Positions 38,363-50,501 of a DNA stretch of 64,000 nucleotides are shown here, in pieces. The position numbers were made by a program, and so were the translations under genes. The DNA lies in contig NC_043007.1 of the NCBI RefSeq assembly GCF_006345805.1, positions 48,670,001 through 48,734,000 of the forward strand, read 5' to 3'. The notes beneath the pieces were generated by a model. It worked only from the letters and a program-made list of their open reading frames with translations. It was not told where the DNA came from and searched no databases. How positions within the stretch are numbered: the stretch's first letter is position 1; the number at the start of each line of letters is the position of its first letter. The stretch is from Octopus sinensis. Its lineage: Eukaryota.

Positions 38363-39120
38363 TGTCTGGTCACAGAGTGACCAATGGTTTTGGATCTATA
38401 GAGTGCTTAGCTTTATAGACAATTTGCCAGACTCCAATGGCCACAGGCATACAACCTCTCTTCAAACTGGTGGCAGAAAACTGTTACAGTCAGTTAATTT
38501 GTAAACAAAAGAATAATATACACTGAGCATTAAACAGGACAAGTTATTTTCCTTAGATCAGTAAGTGGGCAAATTTTAGGAACCTAAGGCCAAACAGGGA
38601 AGAACCAATGGAAGATACACCACAGGCAAGAACACAACCAGCACTCAAGCACAGAGGTACGGAACTACCTTTAAGTGGCGTCTGTACAACCGCAGGTCCT
38701 CTTTTAGGGTTCCAGAAAGACATTACATCATGTCCTTGACCAACCATGTGTGGCACCTTAAGAATGAAGGAACTCCACACAAAATTAAATGGAGGATCAT
38801 AGAGCAGCTGGGGTCCTATATAAATGGGAGCAAATGATGTAAGCTTTGCATAGCAGAGCAGGCAAGGATCCTTAAAGACTTGCTGGATCCAAAATCTCTC
38901 TTAAACTCAAAACATGAGATCTATATTTCCTGCCCCCATTTCAAATGCTACCTGCTGCAGGTGTGGGGTTCTCTGTTCACTGATTAGAGCAGTAAAAAGT
39001 AATTGCAAACTGGAACCAGCGTAGGGCAGAGATTCCCTGTTTGTCCTTAAGTCCATAAGATTTGCCAACTGGTGCAATGTAAGGTAGATAACTTGTCATG
39101 TTTAATGCTCAGACTAACAG
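38363..39120 (+). mobile_element. Second Penelope-like relic: GIY-YIG C-terminus with an inverted 3' segment upstream
   Basis: GTTFKWRLYNRRSSF..SLTNHVWHLK..IKWRII..CKLCIAE..LLNSKHE..CPH; ACTTGTC.TGTTTAATGCTCAG occurs inverted at ~38523 and direct at ~39090; decayed hammerhead 38375-38434 (-). Confidence 0.7.
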
Positions 39121-39329
39121 ACAAAACTAATTTAGTCTAGTGATCCTAGAGACGCTCATGGGGCAGTTATCTCCCCTGTCAGTGTATATATATTGTGCGC
39201 TTCTTACAGCATTAAGAGTTTTTAACTCTTATTTCTTGCAACATAGGTGCTTCAGCACCCTCAGTCACAATTAGTGATAATAAAATTTTTCCTTTAAGAT
39301 ATAATATTGTCCTGTCTGCTCCTTCTGCA

Positions 39330-40560
39330 GAGTTTGACCACCTCCTGTACCTTAGAACCATCATGGCATCTGATGTGACTTTTTAAACCAGACATTTTCT
39401 GAAAAGACACCGGCACAAATTGCATATCTGATTTGGACCACTAAGAGCTGCAGATGAATTCTGATCTATGTGGATCTTTAAATGTCTTTTGAGGCTTCCA
39501 TTAAATTTGCAAACTTTCTGGCTTACATTGCATGTAGACGGAATAGTTGGTGGAGGTTCGTTATCCATGGGTTCACAAATGAGATTTGAGTCAAGCAACA
39601 GAAAGGCATAGTCTGTCACAAATTGTGCACACAAAAAAGTCATTGTGATTCACCTTCTTGATCGTAACATTCTTCCTTAAATCTTTTGAGTCTTGCATGC
39701 GTTATCCTGGCCACTTCAAACGCTTTCATTCCACTCCACACTTTTGTTCACCATCCAGCTTGATCCGAAGCAAAGGTTTCTATGTCCTCTGGATCCATTC
39801 CAAGTGACTTCATAGTAGTCCTTATGTTGTCCTTAAACCTTTTTTAAAGTTTAATCCAATTGCATTTCTCTTCTGCAAGCTCACCATAAAACAGCTGTTT
39901 GGGCATGGGTTCATCTACCATTTGAACATTATGGCCACACCATCTCATTTGGTATTCTCAAAATCATAGCTTTAATTAAGGTGATGCCTGCAGATGAAAA
40001 GACATCTGTGTTTGGAGTAGAAGAACTCTATTTAATGTTTAAAATCCGATGAAGGCATTTTTGGTGGAATTGTTCTAACAATTTAAAATGTTTTTCATAA
40101 CACATCCATGTTTCACAAAAAAAACAACAGGGATGGTAAGACATGATTTGTAAAGAGCCAACTTTGCATTGTTATTTATATGTCACTGGCACCAAACACA
40201 TGACTCCAAGCCACCATTCGCATTTGCTGCCCTTTGAATTTGCAGATGTATTTCTGTATCAAGATTTCCATCGTTTTGTACAGAGTTTCCTAGGTAGATG
40301 TATGAATCAACAACCTCAAGTACCTTACCCTTAACAAAAGTTTTAGTTGGGTTACAAACAGCACCACATGCAGGTTGATGCATTACAACTGTTTTTTTTC
40401 AAGTTGATGGTCAACTGAAAAATCATCACAAGCTGAGTCAAATGCAGATACAAGAGATTGCAGACCAGTTTCAGAATGACTGACAGGACTGCGATCGTCA
40501 GCGTATAAAAGTTCCTTAATGTGTGAAGTAAAAAGCTTTGTTTTGAATTTCAGTCTGGTC
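39330..40560 (-). mobile_element. RTE/BovB-like LINE 3' relic with C-terminal zinc-finger remnant
   Basis: KRFKDNIRTT..., CNVSQKVCKFNGSLKRHLKIH. Confidence 0.6.
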
Positions 40561-40589
40561 AGATTAAAAACATTCCTTCTATATATATA

Positions 40590-42396
40590 CTAGCATTATG
40601 ACCCGTCATTGCCGGGTCATAGTGCTAATGCATGTATATATGTGTATATATATGTGTACATATTACATGTACATCTATATATATATACATCTACACATAA
40701 AATACAAAATACAAAGTTATATCTTGATATCGCTAGTAATAACAATACTCAAAATATATAACAGACTGGAATTGTAGGCCCGTCTCTTGCAATTTCAATC
40801 AATTGTATCTTGTCCCCCCTCTTGTATAGAAGTGTGGCTACAATCCAGCCTACCTCTACTTCTGGGGGGACATTTTAAATTTTTATCTGGGACGTCCTAG
40901 TGATCCTAGAGACTCGAACCTTGCAAAATGGAAATATTTTATTTTTACCTTTATATCTGGAACATAGGACATCCCAGATATAAAGGTAAAAATAAAATAT
41001 TTCCACTTTGCAAGGTTCGAGTCGAGTACTCCCTTGCGCACTCTGTTGACTCGAACCTTGCTTCTATTGTGGTGAATTTACCGCCTCTGGTTAGATATCT
41101 TTCATAGTCGCACCAAGACACTTTTTGATGGTGCTTTTCTCCAGGTGTTCAAATCTTTTTTTTCTCTACATTGTATACTTTATACACAATAGTCTTTTCT
41201 TTTTTATTTCGTTTGGTGGTGTTATCCTAGATTCACCGTCTTTGTCGGTGATCAATCCGAAATAGGTTTGTATTTCTTCCATTTTAATTTTAATGAGTTC
41301 GCCCCCACCGATGGCTGCAGCAAAATTCATTTTTGGACTTTCTTCTATCGAAGGCATTCTAACAAAAATGCTTCCATATAAACAGTGAAAATATTGTCAA
41401 TTTCTCCAAACAGGGACACAATTCAATTTTTAAACAATAACCAAAGCTCCTTCTCCCAAAGGGGAAGGGTTACAATTTACAATTATTTAACAAATGCAAC
41501 ACAACAACATTTCCCTTACGAGGAACTAACAAACGTGATAACAATAGTTAAACAGTAATAATAATAACAACAAATCTTACGGTGAATCAAAAAGCAGTAC
41601 GCAGTTAAAGCTATAGTCCTTTATGCATAATAAATAAACCAACAGCAGTAATCAGTAGAAGCAGCTGTTCGAGAAAACAGACATTACATACAGCCAAACT
41701 TCATATAGATACTTAATGCTAGCTAATTAGCAAATAATCTAATGTAAAAGCCATGGTAAAGGGTATGTGCACAGCTCCATCTGGACTATTCCATTTCTGC
41801 ACGCTAATTTTATATTTAATTTATTCCCATTCATGTGAAACCACTTATTCAAGTTCAAGTCATTGATGCAATTTTATACCAATTGCTATTTTTACTTTTG
41901 TTATGTTACGATTATATTATACCTTAGTTTGATTTTAATTATTACTTACTACATATAATTCAATTATTATTATTATCTCTAATTTTTATTGTTAAAATGA
42001 AAGTATCTGACATAAAATAGAGAAATGTTTTTGTTTCACTTTTAACACGTAATACTGAAATAGTGGAGAAGATATGATATTGCTATGGGCTCGCCATAGG
42101 CAAGAAGTTGAACATTTTTTTTTGCTCATGAAACTACATGGACCCTAAGTAAGGCATGTGTAAAATTTGAATGAAATTGGTTGTGTAGTTCTCAAGTTTT
42201 AGGGAATCGTAATGGAGAAGATATGATATTGCTGTGGGCTCGCCCTACGCAAAAAGTTAAAATTTCTTTTGCTGATGACACTCCCCAGACCCTAAGTAAG
42301 GCATGTGTAAAATTTGAATGAAATTGGTTGTGTAGTTCTTAAGTTTTAGGGAAACAGACAGACAGACACACATTTTCAGTTTTATATATAAAGAGA
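40590..42396 (-). mobile_element. Non-autonomous Helitron-like element with ~0.95-kb internal cargo
   Basis: 5' A|TC at 42396; 3' hairpin ATGACCCG-N7-CGGGTCAT followed by CTAG|T at 40590; no TSD. Confidence 0.65.
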
Positions 42397-42398
42397 TA

Positions 42399-43120
42399 TC
42401 TTTATATATATAAAACTGAGAATGTCTGTCTGTCTGTGTGTTTCCCTAAAACTTAAGAACTACACAACCAATTTCATTCAAATTTTACACATGCCTTACT
42501 CAGGGTCCATGTAGTTTCATGGGCAAAAAAATGTTCAACTTCTTGCCTAGAACAAGCCCATAGCAATATCATATCTTCTCCACTATTTCAGTATTACGTG
42601 TTAAAAGTGAAACAAAAATAATTCTCTATTTTATGTCAGATGCTTTCACTTTAACAATAAAAATAATAATAACAATTGAATTATATGTAGTAAGTAATAA
42701 TTAAAATCAAACTAAATTATAATATAATCGTAACATAACAAAAGGAAAAGTCGCAATTGGTATAAAATTGCATCAATGATTTGAACTAGAATAAGTGGTT
42801 TCACATGAATGGGAATTAAATTAAAAATAAAATTAGCGAGCAGAAATGGAATAGTCCAGATGGATAGTAAAAAGTTAAATTAAAGAAAAGACTATTGTCT
42901 ATAAAGTATAAAATGCAGAGAAATAAGAAGAGCTAAAAATTCCAGTCTGTTATATATTTTGAGTATTGTTATCACTAGCGATATCAAGATATAACTTTGT
43001 ATTTTGCATTTTATGTGTAGATGTATATTTATAGATGTAAATGTAATATGTACACAAATATATACACATATATACATGCACTAGCACTATGACACGGCAA
43101 CGATGGGTCTTTAATGCTAG
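42399..43120 (+). mobile_element. Non-autonomous Helitron-like element, same family, no cargo
   Basis: 5' A|TC at 42399; degenerate 3' hairpin and CTAG|T at 43117-43121; inverted homology to 40590-40790 and 41740-42396. Confidence 0.65.
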
Positions 43121-43223
43121 TATATGTATATATATATATATTCGAATGTCCTGTCCATGTTTATTGTATCGTCTTCTATGAGTTATACGTTCTTGTCCAT
43201 GTTGTATTTTTCTACATACCTTA

Positions 43224-43256
<33 letters not shown>

Positions 43257-43344
43257 ATATTTATTTATACATATATTCGTAAAAACGGTAAGATAACAAA
43301 AGAAAGAAAGAGACCTCAATACTATGTAAATAGAGGAATTTATC

Positions 43345-44221
43345 TGTAAATGTAATATCTGACAATTATTCAGTAGCCAAGACAAAACTCTGAGTTTCGG
43401 ATGCCAAGATGGTAATTCACACCACCATCTCTTAAGTTATCCAGCCATCGGAAAAAAACTATGAAAAAAGACCGTTATACAAAGGTAAATTACTGTGTTA
43501 TTGACGCTATTTAGACAAAAGCGCTATTCGAATGACTGCTAGTTAAGGTAAGGGGAGAAAAAGTTCATAGTATAAACGTAAGCGCACCTGTTCATACGTA
43601 CACATATGTTCCTGCACACCCACGTGTGTACGCATACATCACTAGAAAAATGTACACATCTTCACTTGCATCTTTCGCCAAATGTATATGCATATACATA
43701 CAAACCCACACACACACGCACGTGCATAAGGATGTGTCTGGATATGTACGTGGTTTACTCTTTGTATACTTCCTTATGTCTTTTTTCTGTATTGTTTCCC
43801 ATAACCCCATTTTTTCTTGTGCTTGTGTGTATGTAGACGCATGTATGTACCTTTACGGTGCGCGTGTGAGTGTGGGTTTGTATGTATATGCATATACATT
43901 TGAGAAAGATGCGAGTGAAGATGCGTACTTTTTCTAGTGATGTATGCGCCCGCACGCCCACATGTGTGCGTATGAACAGGCCCGCTTACGCGTATACTAT
44001 GAACTTTTTACTCCCTTACCTTAATTAGCGGTCATTCGAATAGCACTTTTGTCTAAATAGCATCAATAACACAGTAATTTCCCTTTGTATAACAGTTTTT
44101 TTCATAGCGTTTTTTCGATGGCCGGATAACTGAAGAGATGGTGGTGTGGATTTCCACCTCAGCATCCGAAACTCAAAGTTTTATCTTGGCTACCGAATAA
44201 TTGTCACATGCTACATTTACA
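43345..44221. mobile_element. Fold-back element (arms ~380 bp) with outward-facing hammerheads, flanked by (TA)n
   Basis: 43345-43731 is a diverged inverted copy of 43851-44221. Confidence 0.7.
44125..44185 (+). ncRNA. Minimal type I hammerhead ribozyme motif, core intact
   Basis: GATAA-CTGAAGA-GATG...CATC-C-GAAAC-TCAAA-GTT-TTATC; stem I GAUAA/UUAUC; GUU triplet. Confidence 0.65.
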
Positions 44222-44256
44222 TATATATATATATATATATATAATATATATATATA

Positions 44257-45540
44257 TTGGGTTATCCCATAAATAATGTTTTTTTTTGTTTTTCTTTTAT
44301 TTCAAATTAAGATAAACAAAGTTCTTTTCTAATCTAAAATATACTCTCCTTCATTTTCTACAATGCTCTTCCATATCTATCTGGTAGACTTGCAAGGCCT
44401 CTCTTCCAAAATTCACTTGTCCATGATGAATAACACTCCTCCAGTACTGTTTTGACCTTGTCCATGAAATCCATATTTTTTCTGTCCAAATGATTTTGAA
44501 GACTGCAGAATAAATGATAATCAGATGGGGAAATGTCCAGCTAATGTGGTGGGTGAGGCATCATTTCCCATTCAATCTGCTCCAGCCTTTGGAATGTCAT
44601 CTTCACTGTATGTGGCCAAGCATTATCCTGATGGAAGAACATCTTTTGTCTTGAAACCAAAGACGGACGTTTTTCTTCTAGTGCTGTTTTAAGCCACTCA
44701 AGCTGCCGCAGCAGATCTCCTTTCTTATTGTTTGGTTTGGGTTTAAAAGTTCAGAGTGGACTAAACCTTTCATACGCCACCAGACAGATAACAACACCTT
44801 ATGTGGGTGAAGACCTTCTTTAGCCTGGAGTGCTGATGTTCCTCCTTTCCCTACCTACTGTCTTCAACACTTGACATTTTTATAGAGAACCCATTTCTCA
44901 TCACCAGTCACTATTTGGTCCAAAAAAGGTTCCTTTGTGAGACGTGACAGCAAAGGAGAGCACACATTCACTCTCTGCACACTATTAGACTCGGAAAGTT
45001 TGTGAGGAGCCCATTGACCCAATTTGCTGACTTTTCTGATGGCACACAGGTGTCAATGAATGGTTGAATGACCAAATCCTAGTTTCTCTGCTAGTTCCTC
45101 AACAGTTACAGTGGAATTTTATTCCACTAGGGTTTGCAAGATATCCTCGTAAAGCTCTACAGATCTTCTAGGATGAGGCTCATCTTCTAGGCTGTAGGTT
45201 CGGCTCAGAATTTCTGGAACCACTATTGACACTTGTTTACACTTATTTTCTGATCCCCATGTCCTGTATTAATATTCCTCGCACTTTCCATTGCAGTGTT
45301 GCCTTTATTGAACTCATAAAGCAAAATATGCCAAATATGCTCCTTTGTGACTTCCATTATAGCTCTGAAAAAATAACTGTTAAAATTGAACTGCACTCTT
45401 CAAAACTTGCACTAAGAATAAGCACACAGTAAAATTACTACCTGATTTTATAGCAAGTTGATGCAGATAGTTTATTCCATCTCCCTCCAACTTTTAATTC
45501 ATGCAATTGAAAAACACATATTTTATGGTATGACCCAATA
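44257..45540 (-). mobile_element. Full-length degenerate mariner, same family as 11430
   Basis: TIRs TATTGGGTTATCCCATAAAT / ATTTTATGGTATGACCCAATA; broken transposase. Confidence 0.85.
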
Positions 45541-45562
45541 TATATATATATATATATATATA

Positions 45563-46263
45563 TACGAGGCAGTATCAAAAAGTAGCACACCAATAGATGG
45601 CAGCACATAGTTGCATGCAAAGTGAGAGCTAGCAGTGACCTCCATAAGGCAGTGTGCCATGTGACATCACTGTATTTAGTTCACAAGTTGTGAAATTTGT
45701 GTTTTTGTGATCACATGTATGCTGTAGTCTATGATTTTTGTCAAGGACAGGAAGTTGGAACAAAGAGCCAATCAAGAGCATGCTCATGGATATTTTCAGC
45801 ATCTATGGTATACATTAAGAATTCGTCCCCTAGCACCATACTGTCAATTGATAGTTATACAGCAATAGTTTGGAGCATCTGAGGGAGGATATTCGGCAAA
45901 AGCAACCAGATATGTAGAGTGCGAAGAACTGGATTCTTCACGACAACAATGTACCCTGTCACTGAGCTCTCCTCACTCATGAGTTTCTTGCCAAAAACAA
46001 AGTAGTATCACTTCCACACCTGTCCTTTAGCACCTGCAGATTTCCATCCTTTCCCCAAGATGAAAATGTAGCTCAAAAGTCACTGATCAAATCGCTTATG
46101 GAAAACATCTTCCAGACCAGATTCCAAAAGTGACAGGAAAGCTGGTACCAGTGTATTGCTGCACAATGTGACTATTTCGAAGGAGATGGTGTTAAAATTT
46201 AGGTAAATAAGTTATTTTTCATTAACCATAACTAGTCTGGGAACTTTTTGATACCATCTCATA
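45563..46263 (+). mobile_element. Internally deleted mariner
   Basis: TACGAGGCAGTATCAAAAAGT / ACTTTTTGATACCATCTCATA; WILHDNN remnant. Confidence 0.7.
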
Positions 46264-48417
46264 TAGAGGTGTCTTAGTAATTTTATACAAACTCTATTAG
46301 ATTTCTATTGCAGATTCTGGAATATATGGAAGTTATTTATGTTTAGCAAATATTTGTGTCCAGGTTAACTTTGATCAACAAAACTTATGGCAACAGCAGA
46401 GAGTCAATTGGTGCAGCCCATAGATGGGTACAGCCATATGGGTGCAGCCCATAGATATATCATGGTTCTGTCTCATTGAAAAGCATGTTGTCTAACAAAT
46501 GGTTGAGTATTATACACTTGAAAAGTAGATGAGTATTTTCAATACTAATCTGCCTGAGACAACCCCATGGTTCTATGATACAAACTTACAGTTTTAAAAA
46601 GGTCATAATTTAAACTTTCCAAGTTTCATCTCAATTTATGTTCCTGACAGTAGGTTAATAATGACAAAATTATTTTACTAAATTCTACATTACTTTCAAA
46701 ATTTGTTGAAACAAAGGCAGTGTATTTCAACAGAAATATGATAATAAAAAGGTTAAGGAATGAAAGGTAGGATCAAAGGGCAAAGGAAATTTGTAAAAGT
46801 ACAGGTGACAGTAATTAATGTAAGAAAGAAAGAGTTTAAGAGAGGCAACTAAACATAAAGTTACATTCAAGTGGATAGAATGATGGTCAAAGAAAGTCTT
46901 GTCAACATAGACTGTAAAGGGGAAGTCTGGTGGCAATCCAGGTAGCTTAGTGAATCATAGAAACCAAGATGTTGAGTTATCTCCAAGATATCAAGAGAAT
47001 TCTTCAACTACTATTGTTGCTATCAGAACCCCGCTAAGGAATTTTGTGAGATGAAACAAGATTCTTTCAGGTTCAGGGTAGGTGGGAGGTTATCTCAAAA
47101 TTCAAATAGACTGTTTGTTTATTTGTTCCATTTAATGTCCTTTTTTCTTGACTTATGCAGGAGTAAATTTTGAGGGAGATTCAATTCCTGTTGCCAACAT
47201 TTACCACCAACTTTACAAGTAAGGAATTTGTATTCCAGAGAAATCCAAAAGTGCAGAGCTATCACAAAATTTATTAATGAATGATGATTTCATATAAATA
47301 TGTGCATGTGTGTGTGTGCATGTGTGCAGGTGTGTGTGTGTGTGTGCGTGTACACATATTTATGTAAATGTATCTATATCCTCACTATGACTGTTTTGTA
47401 TCTATTTTCCATGCTGAAGGTGACAAGCTGGCAGAATCATTGGCATGCTGGGCAAAATGCTTAGCAGCATTTTATCCATCCTTACATATGGAGTTCAAAT
47501 TCCACTGATGGCAACTTTGCCTTCTATCCTTTTGGGGTTGATAAAATAAGAATCTCAAGAACACTGGGATTGATGTTATTGACTTAGCCCTTCCCTCAAA
47601 ATTGCTGGCCATGTACCAAAGTTTGAAAGCAATATTTACTTTCTGTGCTGGCAGGATTTAGATGGGTTGTCGCTGCTTTCATAATGGATTGGAAGACCAC
47701 ATGTCACTTGTAAAATTTATTTACAGCTTGGTTATTATGACTACAAACCCCTCTTAACACCAAATATTTTACAGGCTGTACTGAGTGCATTTTTTCATGA
47801 TACCTGTGCTAGGAAGTTGTCATATCTTAAGACTAAAGGGACTTGTGGTGGCACACCATGACAGAATGCACTTTACTGTGACACCAGCAGAGGATAGGGA
47901 TGACAGCTGGAAATAGATAAATGGCAAATTCAAGTGATGGATGTAGATACAAAATGGCAGTGGGTACAGGAGTATAAGACTATAGGTAGAATGTATGGGG
48001 TACATACATATCTGAAGAGGTCTATTAAGCATCAAGATAAACAAGAAACCTAGAGTGGTAAGGATGAGAGAGGAAAAGTGATATGTTAGTGTTTTGAGCA
48101 GAGAGGTCCAGTGGTATCCTTGGCTACAATGGAAAGAATGTATATTATCATTCTTAATAATACTGGCAGTGTTGTACAATGAGATTGAGAAGAGGAGAGA
48201 GTGATTGTGAAATGAGAAATAGGGACATGAGCATGAGAGCATGATATGAATGATAAAAACTTGGGTGATTAAAACATGGGTTGCAGTGGCATGAGTAACA
48301 GTGGTGTGAATGATAGTGGTATGAGTGACAGAATACAGGGATGAGAGACTATCAAAGAGGCCAATGATGTAGACTTGACAGCATGCACATATTCATAAAT
48401 ATACACTTACACACACA

Positions 48418-48471
<54 letters not shown>

Positions 48472-49319
48472 CATGTAGAAATAAGTCCATAAGTCTCATT
48501 CTGTTGTTGAACATTGATATGTTCGCGTCTTTTTTTCTGGATGTTTACAATATCAAGACTTTAACCCACATGGATTTATACAGGATTGCACCTATATATA
48601 CACATGAATATATTCAAGTATACACATTCCTATCACTCAAAAAGGCATGCACACACATATATATATGTATATAGAAGTCATAATTAAAATTAAAGTTTAG
48701 ATATGAAATTTTAAAACTTAGCAACCAAACCTTACTTTAGGTATGTCCTTAGTAGTGGATATATTACCTGCTTGTTGTTTATACACCTGTCTCCATCTTA
48801 TGTTTTTTCTGTAAATTTCAACTATATATATAATTTATTAAGGTGACTATTCACAATTATCACTAAAAGGCAAGAATTTTAGTTATCACTAAAGGGACTA
48901 AGGGTGTTAGTCAGCACTAGCATTGTTAGAAATAGGAGTCAAAACAATACTTATCCACATGAGTGCACTTTACTGAGGGCTGACAAGGGAGACAAGCTCC
49001 CAATACCAACCATGATAGAGTCATATCTTCAATGATTTCAGATTTGATAAATGTTCCTCAGTGACCAACTCACCTTGTCAGTCTTATAGAGAACACCATA
49101 TGAAACATTGACTGATTCCAAAAATGGTGAAGTGAGAATTATAAATCATTGAAGTGACTATTTGTAATTGATAACCGAAAGACAACAAATATAGCCGTCA
49201 CTAAAGTGACTGAGGGTGCTGGTCAGCACAAATATTGCTAGATATAAATGTCAAAACAACTCTTAGCCACATGAGAGCACTTTTCTAAAGACTGACAAGG
49301 GAGACAATACATATATGCT

Positions 49320-49700
49320 TTTATTCTTTTATTTGTTTCAGACATTTGGCTGCAGCCATGCTGGGGCACCGCTTTGAAAGGTTTTAGTCAAACAAATCAA
49401 CTCCAGGAGTTATTTTTTTTAAAGCCTAATATTTATTCTATCAGTCATCTTTGACAAACTACTAAGCTATGGGGATGTAAACATCCAAACACCAGTTGTC
49501 AAGCAGTGATGGGGGGGGGGACAAACACAAACACAAAAACACATGTACACATACATGTACAACCGACAGGCTTCTTCCAGTTTCTGTCTACCAAATTCAC
49601 TCACAAAGCTTTGGTCAGCCTGTGACTATAGTAGGAGACACTTGCCCAAAGTGTCATGCAGTGGGACTGAACCCGGATCCATGTGGTTGGGAAGCACACA
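49320..49700 (-). mobile_element. tRNA-derived SINE
   Basis: Reverse complement of the family consensus seen at 59110-59490. Confidence 0.75.
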
Positions 49701-50024
49701 CACACATATATATTTAGCATCCACTTTCTATGCAGGCATGGATTAAGACAGTTTAACACTGGACTTGGCAAGCCAGAGAGCTGTATCAGGTTCCAGTCTG
49801 ATATGGTACGGTTGCTACGACTGGGTGCCCTTCCTAATGCCAAAAACTCCATGAGTGTAGTGGGTATCATCTACGTGTAACTGGCACCAGCCATGACTGA
49901 TTTCACTTGGCCTGAAAAGATATATATATATATATATAGGTTCTCTGGCTGCTATTTCTAAAGTTCGGTGTGTGGTGAAGCAAATTTTTTGCCTAACCCT
50001 AATTATAATTATACTCGTAATTAT

Positions 50025-50062
<38 letters not shown>

Positions 50063-50069
50063 TATATGT

Positions 50070-50103
<34 letters not shown>

Positions 50104-50501
50104 TTTGAGGTGTCTTTCTTTTAGAGATGAACTCATTATTTTCAGGCACCCATTTTGGCACTCTGTTGTGGTTAAATCCTCTTTTATAGTTCTTGACTAC
50201 TACAACTACTACTGCTACGATTAACAACTGCAATATTAGTAAATATTCTAAATGTACATATATATATAAATTCTATCAACAGTCGTGGTGGTGGTGGTGG
50301 TGGTGGTGGTGGTAGTAGTATCTCTATTGAGTCATAAAGAGCAACTTAGTAAATAGCACTAGAAAAAAACAAGTTCAATGTGAGAAAGGCATACATTGAA
50401 ACAACTACAAGAATTCTTAAATGAACTGTAGGCCTGCCCCGCCCCTAAACAACAACAAAAAGAAGAAAACAATAGTAATTAAGGGGAGCTATAGAGCTTA
50501 C

